From NCBI GenBank assembly GCA_965657355.1, contig CBFHOE010000001.1:261756-274265 (forward strand): a DNA stretch of 12,510 nt, in the 5' to 3' direction. The notes under the pieces were generated by a model. It searched no databases. It was not told the DNA's origin and was given only the letters and a program-made list of their open reading frames with translations. This DNA is from Limisphaerales bacterium. GTDB taxonomy: Bacteria > Verrucomicrobiota > Verrucomicrobiia > Limisphaerales > JAJOIW01. Shown here piece after piece: positions 7,781 through 12,510 of the stretch. Both the position numbers and the translations under genes were made by a program. Each line of letters starts with the position of its first letter. The first letter of the stretch is position 1.

Positions 7781-9220
7781 TTAAGATAATATCTGTGAGA
7801 CAGGGCGGGCTGGTTCGACGCCCGTGAGCCGAACATCGAGACCTTGGTATGGATAAGAGAACCTCTCGTGTTCAATTCCAAGTAAATGCAGCATCGTAGC
7901 ATGAAGATCTCGTACGTGTACAACGTTCTCAATAGAGTTGTAGCCAAGTTCATCAGTTGCCCCATGCGATATCCCACCCTTTACGCCCCCACCAGCCATC
8001 CACATGGAAAATGCATTCATATGGTGATCTCGGCCTGCCCCTCCTTTTCCTTGGAACATCGGTGTTCTGCCGAACTCGCCTCCCCAAACCACCAAAGTAT
8101 CTTCAAGTAATCCTCTTTGTTTGAGATCCGTTATAAGCGCCCAGGTGGGCTTATCAGTTAATCCGCAACAAACATTCATGTAATTGACCAAGCCTCCATG
8201 GTGGTCCCACCCGCGATGATAAAGATGAACAAATCGGACTCCTCTCTCAACTAATCGGCGAGCAAGGAGGCAGTTCGAAGCGTAGGATCCATCACCGGGT
8301 TTGGCTCCATACATATCAAGAACATGTTGGGGCTCATTGGATACGTCCATCAACTCGGGTACTGAAGTTTGCATTTTAAAAGCCATTTCATAGGCTTTAA
8401 TTCTTGTTTCAATCTCCGGATTCATAACTGTTGCATTTCGCCGTGAATCCATTTCCTGGATGGTGGAATTGAGAAGGCGGTCCATTTGCAAAGAAAGTCC
8501 CCACGGGTTTTTCACATAATTTACAGGATCTCCAGAACTATTGAATTCAACCCCTTGGTATCGACTTGGTAAAAAACCACTCCCCCATTGTCTTGATGCT
8601 ATAGGTTGAGGATTTCTCCCTCCTACACTTGTCATTACAACAAAACCTGGTAGGTCTTCCGATTCGCTTCCAAGACCATAATTAACCCATGACCCCATCG
8701 ACGGACGCCCACTGATGGCCGTGCCCGTATTCATGAATGTGTGTGCAGGGTCGTGGTTGATCTGATTTGTCACCATCGATTTTATTATACAAATGTCGTC
8801 TGCCATCTTTGCATGCCAAGGAAGGAAGTCGCTAATAAGTTGACCATTTTGACCATGCTTTCCAAATTTGGTCATCGGGCCTTGTATTTTCAGTTTGGTG
8901 TTTTGGAGTTGAGCAATAGGTTGGCCTTTTGTGAAACTGCTTGGCATGGGTTCCCCATCGCGCCTTTCCAGCTCAGGCTTATAATCAAAAGTCTCGAGAT
9001 GAGATGGGCCTCCCGCCATACAAAGAAAAATAACACGCTTGGCTTTAATTTTATGATGTGGCAATCCGGGCAACCCTAGCTCGGGGCGTTTTGATTTTGC
9101 TGCTGAACCGAAACCCTTATTAGTTAATGAAAGAAGTGCCGCAGCCCCTAATCCAAAGCCGGTATGACCAAGAAAGGATCTGCGCTTGATTATATTTTCC
9201 AACTCTCTGTTCACATTCAT
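7781..9220 (-). CDS. DUF1501 family protein (alkaline-phosphatase/sulfatase-like fold, Tat signal)
   Basis: 479 aa with RRSFL twin-arginine signal and the motifs M.GGPSHLETFDYKP, NHDPA, GRPSMGSW, LARRLVERGVRFV, WDHH, WGGEFGRTP, GRDH and HVRDLHAT. Confidence 0.93.
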   Translation of the reverse strand: MNVNRELENIIKRRSFLGHTGFGLGAAALLSLTNKGFGSAAKSKRPELGLPGLPHHKIKAKRVIFLCMAGGPSHLETFDYKPELERRDGEPMPSSFTKGQPIAQLQNTKLKIQGPMTKFGKHGQNGQLISDFLPWHAKMADDICIIKSMVTNQINHDPAHTFMNTGTAISGRPSMGSWVNYGLGSESEDLPGFVVMTSVGGRNPQPIASRQWGSGFLPSRYQGVEFNSSGDPVNYVKNPWGLSLQMDRLLNSTIQEMDSRRNATVMNPEIETRIKAYEMAFKMQTSVPELMDVSNEPQHVLDMYGAKPGDGSYASNCLLARRLVERGVRFVHLYHRGWDHHGGLVNYMNVCCGLTDKPTWALITDLKQRGLLEDTLVVWGGEFGRTPMFQGKGGAGRDHHMNAFSMWMAGGGVKGGISHGATDELGYNSIENVVHVRDLHATMLHLLGIEHERFSYPYQGLDVRLTGVEPARPVSQILS

Positions 9221-9243
9221 GTCTTATACCCTTATGAGACTAA

Positions 9244-11655
9244 TTAATTTCTTTGATAAGTTTCATTTAAGTTGAGAATGGCTCTGGCAACTTGGGTCCA
9301 GCTTGCCAGCTCTGGTAGTTGACCGGGCCAATTTTCCGCCGATATTCCAATGGACATTAAATCTTTAGCTTTGTGAGGGTTTTCGCTGAAGTATCGGCGT
9401 GAACTTTTCAGGAGTTCTTTAAGCATGAAATATTCTTTGTTCGCTGCTCTGGATGTAGCCTGCTTGAAGAGCCAGAGGATTCTCTCTTTGTCAGAAAATC
9501 CCGGATTTTCTGACATGCCTCTTTGAGCAAAGTGTCGAGCAGACTCCAAAAAGACAGGATCATTAAGCAAGGTTAAGCTAGAAAGTGGGGTGTTGGATTT
9601 TACTCTTTTAGCTGTGCATTCTTCTCGAGACGGCGCATCAAATGCTTTTAACATGGGATGTAAGAATTGCCTTTGCCAATGGACATAAACACCTCGACGC
9701 CATTGATCATTTGACATGCTATGCTTGTATTGACGGGTTGGAAAATTGAGATGCCTATAATACCCATCGGGTTGATAAGGCTTTGCTGTTCTGACCCCAA
9801 TGTCAGTGACTAATAGCCCTGATAGTTTAAGTGCTGTGTCTCTTACTGATTCGGCGGGAACCCTAAATCTGGATTGTCTAGCAAAGTAGAAATTCTGTGG
9901 ATCTCTGTTGATTAATTGTTCTGTGGGTATGGACGATCGTTTGTAGGCATCAGTCATGAGAATATCTTTTATCAGGCGTTTTATATTCCAACCGTTATCC
10001 ATTAATTCAATAGCAAGGAAATCTAGTAGCTCAGGATTGGATGGCGGCATTCCCTGTCCTCCAAAATCATCTAATGAAGAGGAAATTCCCTGGTCGAAAA
10101 GGAGATACCATATGCGGTTAGAGAAGACTCTTGAGGTCAATTCTCCAATACCACCCTCGCTCATGGGACGGAATAACCATTCGGCTAAGTCTTTTCGAGT
10201 GTTCCTTTTATCTTTTGCCAGACTGCCTAGGAATTCTGGAATGGCTGGCGCAACAATTGGGCCGGATTCGTCAAGCCAATTGCCTCTTGGGAGAACTCTT
10301 ATTTCGCGAGGCTCTTTACTTTCCGTAACCATTGTTCTCACTTTATGAGATTCTAATTTCGAGATTTCCTTTTGAATAACTTCTCTCTCATCACTGCCAA
10401 TCGGTTTGTTGGTTAACTTATTTTTAAGTCTGGTGATTTTTCTTCGGGTTGAAATTGGTATGACATCCAACTCTGGTGGGCGCTTCGTTGGTAAGCTATT
10501 TGATCCAACTTTAAAATGCTGGTCCTCATCAATATCTGCGAAGAAGGCCACAATGGAATAAAAATCTTTCGATGTGAACGGGTCGTATTTGTGATCATGA
10601 CATTGAGCGCAACCAATGGTGGCCCCCATCCAAACTGATGAAAAATTTCGGACCCGATCTGCTGCATATATACTCAGATATTCTTTAGGCTGAACGCCAC
10701 CTTCATGGCTTGTTTGAAGGAGCCGGTTATATCCACTTGCTATTTTTTGATCAACGCCTGCCGACACTAATAAATCACCAGCTAATTGTTCGATCGAGAA
10801 TTGGTCGAGGGGCATATTTTGATTGAGGGAATCTATGACATAATCGCGGTAAGGTGAGATATTTTGATCTTGGTCTCCATGATATCCCACGGTGTCAGCA
10901 TATCTCACGAGGTCGAGCCAATACATCGCTATCTTTTCTCCAAAATGTGGAGATGAAAGCAATCGGTCTACCAAAACTTCATAATATTCATTCGGGTTTT
11001 CTTTCAACTTTTCAACATCGGAGTAATCAGCTGGTAAACCCAGTAGATCAAAAGATAGACGTCGTGCCAGCGTTGTAGGTGAAGCGATGCTTAAACTTTT
11101 CAATCCTTCAATCCCTAATTTTTGATAAATGAGATAATCTATGATTTCGCTGGATGATGTCGGCTTTTCTGGGAGTGAATCATTTAATCTCTCTCGATCG
11201 AATTCATATGCCCAGTGTTTAGAATAATTGGCTCCTTCACTAATCCATTTTTTGAGGATATCCTTTTCTTTCTTTGTGAGATCTTTATTGGCCTCAGGCG
11301 GAGGCATGACTTCGTCTTTATCAGTGGAAAAAATTCTTAGTATCACTTCACTTTCCCCGGGCACCCCTGGGACTATGGCTGCCACTCCTTTGTTGTTTTT
11401 CAAAGCTCCTTCACGGGTATCCAGTCGCAAGTCACTTTCACGCCTCTTTTCATCTGGGCCATGGCAGAAAAAACATTTGTTTGAAAGAATGGGCCGAACA
11501 TCTTGATTGAAATCTAATTTGTCGATGCGTATTTCGTCTTTTTTATTTGAATCATCAGCAAAGAGATCATAAGGGAAAGATACTAAAAACATCGCCATGA
11601 GCATGGGGACAAACACGGAAGGTGTCGCCTCAGAAACTTTGAATGTTTTGTGCAT
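9244..11655 (-). CDS. Planctomycete cytochrome c (PSCyt1) + DUF1549 (PSCyt2) + DUF1553 (PSD1) domain protein
   Basis: 803 aa with signal-like N-terminus, FNQDVRPILSNKCFFCHGPD (CxxCH), MPP, HWAY, WLDLVRYADT.G, CAQCHDHKYDP (second CxxCH), SNPELLD and FDAPSRE..T..R..SNTP. It lies directly upstream of DUF1501, the usual PVC pairing. Confidence 0.93.
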   Translation of the reverse strand: MHKTFKVSEATPSVFVPMLMAMFLVSFPYDLFADDSNKKDEIRIDKLDFNQDVRPILSNKCFFCHGPDEKRRESDLRLDTREGALKNNKGVAAIVPGVPGESEVILRIFSTDKDEVMPPPEANKDLTKKEKDILKKWISEGANYSKHWAYEFDRERLNDSLPEKPTSSSEIIDYLIYQKLGIEGLKSLSIASPTTLARRLSFDLLGLPADYSDVEKLKENPNEYYEVLVDRLLSSPHFGEKIAMYWLDLVRYADTVGYHGDQDQNISPYRDYVIDSLNQNMPLDQFSIEQLAGDLLVSAGVDQKIASGYNRLLQTSHEGGVQPKEYLSIYAADRVRNFSSVWMGATIGCAQCHDHKYDPFTSKDFYSIVAFFADIDEDQHFKVGSNSLPTKRPPELDVIPISTRRKITRLKNKLTNKPIGSDEREVIQKEISKLESHKVRTMVTESKEPREIRVLPRGNWLDESGPIVAPAIPEFLGSLAKDKRNTRKDLAEWLFRPMSEGGIGELTSRVFSNRIWYLLFDQGISSSLDDFGGQGMPPSNPELLDFLAIELMDNGWNIKRLIKDILMTDAYKRSSIPTEQLINRDPQNFYFARQSRFRVPAESVRDTALKLSGLLVTDIGVRTAKPYQPDGYYRHLNFPTRQYKHSMSNDQWRRGVYVHWQRQFLHPMLKAFDAPSREECTAKRVKSNTPLSSLTLLNDPVFLESARHFAQRGMSENPGFSDKERILWLFKQATSRAANKEYFMLKELLKSSRRYFSENPHKAKDLMSIGISAENWPGQLPELASWTQVARAILNLNETYQRN

Positions 11656-11728
11656 ATGAAAATTCTAATAATTTCCGCAGATAGGTAAATAAGTTTTCGA
11701 AAGCAGATTGACGCTTTTCTTTTCGACT

Positions 11729-11980
11729 CTAATTTTCTTCACTTTGCTTTTTGATTCTTTTTCTCACAATTTGTAAGATGTCATCCGGCACTGGAAACTC
11801 ACCAGTCTGTTTTTTTGAGTAAATTTTTTCCCCGTCAATCTTAACCTCAAAGACACCTTTATTACCCGGAATAAGCTCAAGAGATAGAATCTTATTTTTG
11901 AACTTCAATAGTTTTTCTGCCAGACCGACAGCTTTTGGTTCATAGTTTCAAATCGCGCAATACTCTATGGAAATTCTCAT
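11729..11980 (-). CDS. SelW/SelT/SelH (Rdx) family selenoprotein, CxxU motif, TGA read as selenocysteine
   Basis: Manual translation: MRISIEYCAI(TGA)NYEPKAVGLAEKLLKFKNKILSLELIPGNKGVFEVKIDGEKIYSKKQTGEFPVPDDILQIVRKRIKKQSEEN*, 83 aa. The TGA at 11950-11948 is exactly at the second position of the Rdx CxxC/CxxU motif, and Rdx motifs (G.FEV..DG, YSK..TG.FP) continue in frame after it. Confidence 0.92.
11917..11931 (-). promoter_or_regulatory. Bacterial SECIS-like stem-loop
   Basis: mRNA CUGUC-GGUCU-GGCAG begins 17 nt 3' of the UGA. The apical loop starts with GG and carries the GGUCUG string also found in the E. coli fdhF SECIS. Confidence 0.7.
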
Positions 11981-12098
11981 TACCTCATTCTCACTCAAAT
12001 TAAATTAAATTTCAATACTGCCCCGAAATCGACTGACCTTGTTAAAATATTCTCAAAATTATAATGGTAATTTTTTCGCAAAAGTACAAAATTTACAT

Positions 12099-12500
12099 AT
12101 GGAAATTCCTAATGATGATGAAAATAAATGGGCGATGGCCATGCATTTATCATTTTTACTTGGTTTTCCTTTGCCATTCATAGGCTACATATTAGCCCCG
12201 CTCGCCGTTTATCTGCTAGCAGGAAAAGATAAGAATGGTCTGGGATTACACTTTAGAGAAATTGCGAATTTCTTCATTACGTGGTGCGTGATTCCCGCTG
12301 CTTTTGGGATTTTATACTGGCTCTTCGTTATCCTTACCCTTGGTATTGGTGGCTTACTAACCTTCCCTCTGGCGGTCTTGGCGGGAATATTATGGGTTGC
12401 TTTCGTGGTTGTTTTTCCGGTGATCGCTTCAATAAAGGCTTTAAATGGAGAAACCTACAGATATCCAATGACAATAAGATTTTTAAAAGTAATGTCTTAA
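12099..12500 (+). CDS. DUF4870 (Tic20-like) small membrane protein
   Basis: WAMAMHLS, PL..YL, H.RE..NF.IT, three hydrophobic helices and the terminal A..GETYRYPMTIRF motif. ATG 12099 is preferred over the track's TTG 12039. A perfect TATAAT lies at 12060-12065. Confidence 0.88.
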   Translation: MEIPNDDENKWAMAMHLSFLLGFPLPFIGYILAPLAVYLLAGKDKNGLGLHFREIANFFITWCVIPAAFGILYWLFVILTLGIGGLLTFPLAVLAGILWVAFVVVFPVIASIKALNGETYRYPMTIRFLKVMS

Positions 12501-12510
12501 ATTGGTATTA

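Noticed and set aside
7261..7784. Track ORFs 7261..7479, 7396..7602 and 7449..7784
   Set aside because: They overlap tRNA-Asp and low-complexity T-rich sequence, typical of spurious tRNA-shadow ORFs.
1196..11506. Remaining short track ORFs nested in or antisense to the long genes (e.g. 1196..1732, 3066..3638, 9956..10348)
   Set aside because: They overlap well-supported CDSs almost entirely and lack independent motifs.
1..12510. CRISPR array or tandem repeat array
   Set aside because: No regularly spaced repeats were seen.

Overview
AT-rich bacterial chromosomal window whose gene content points to the PVC superphylum, probably Verrucomicrobiota (inference). From left to right it holds: (1) a minus-strand ORF missing from the ORF track (786 to <1) that resembles a REP-associated tyrosine transposase (RAYT, Y1/HUH family) but has lost its catalytic residues while staying in frame; (2) a divergent two-gene operon for exported proteins, a blue-copper (azurin/auracyanin-like) plus PA14 multidomain protein and a beta-propeller sorbosone-dehydrogenase-like protein, closed by a terminator; (3) about 630 bp of unexplained, hairpin-rich non-coding DNA; (4) tRNA-Ser(GGA), an MBL-fold hydrolase, a YcjF/DUF697-like membrane protein and tRNA-Asp(GTC); (5) a DUF1501 gene and a DUF1549/DUF1553 planctomycete cytochrome c gene; (6) a hidden SelW/Rdx-family selenoprotein (CxxU with in-frame TGA and a SECIS-like hairpin), also missing from the ORF track; and (7) a DUF4870 membrane protein. 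The top findings are the apparently inactivated RAYT, the selenoprotein and a possible copper-for-haem domain swap. All family calls come from motif recognition by eye, not database searches.
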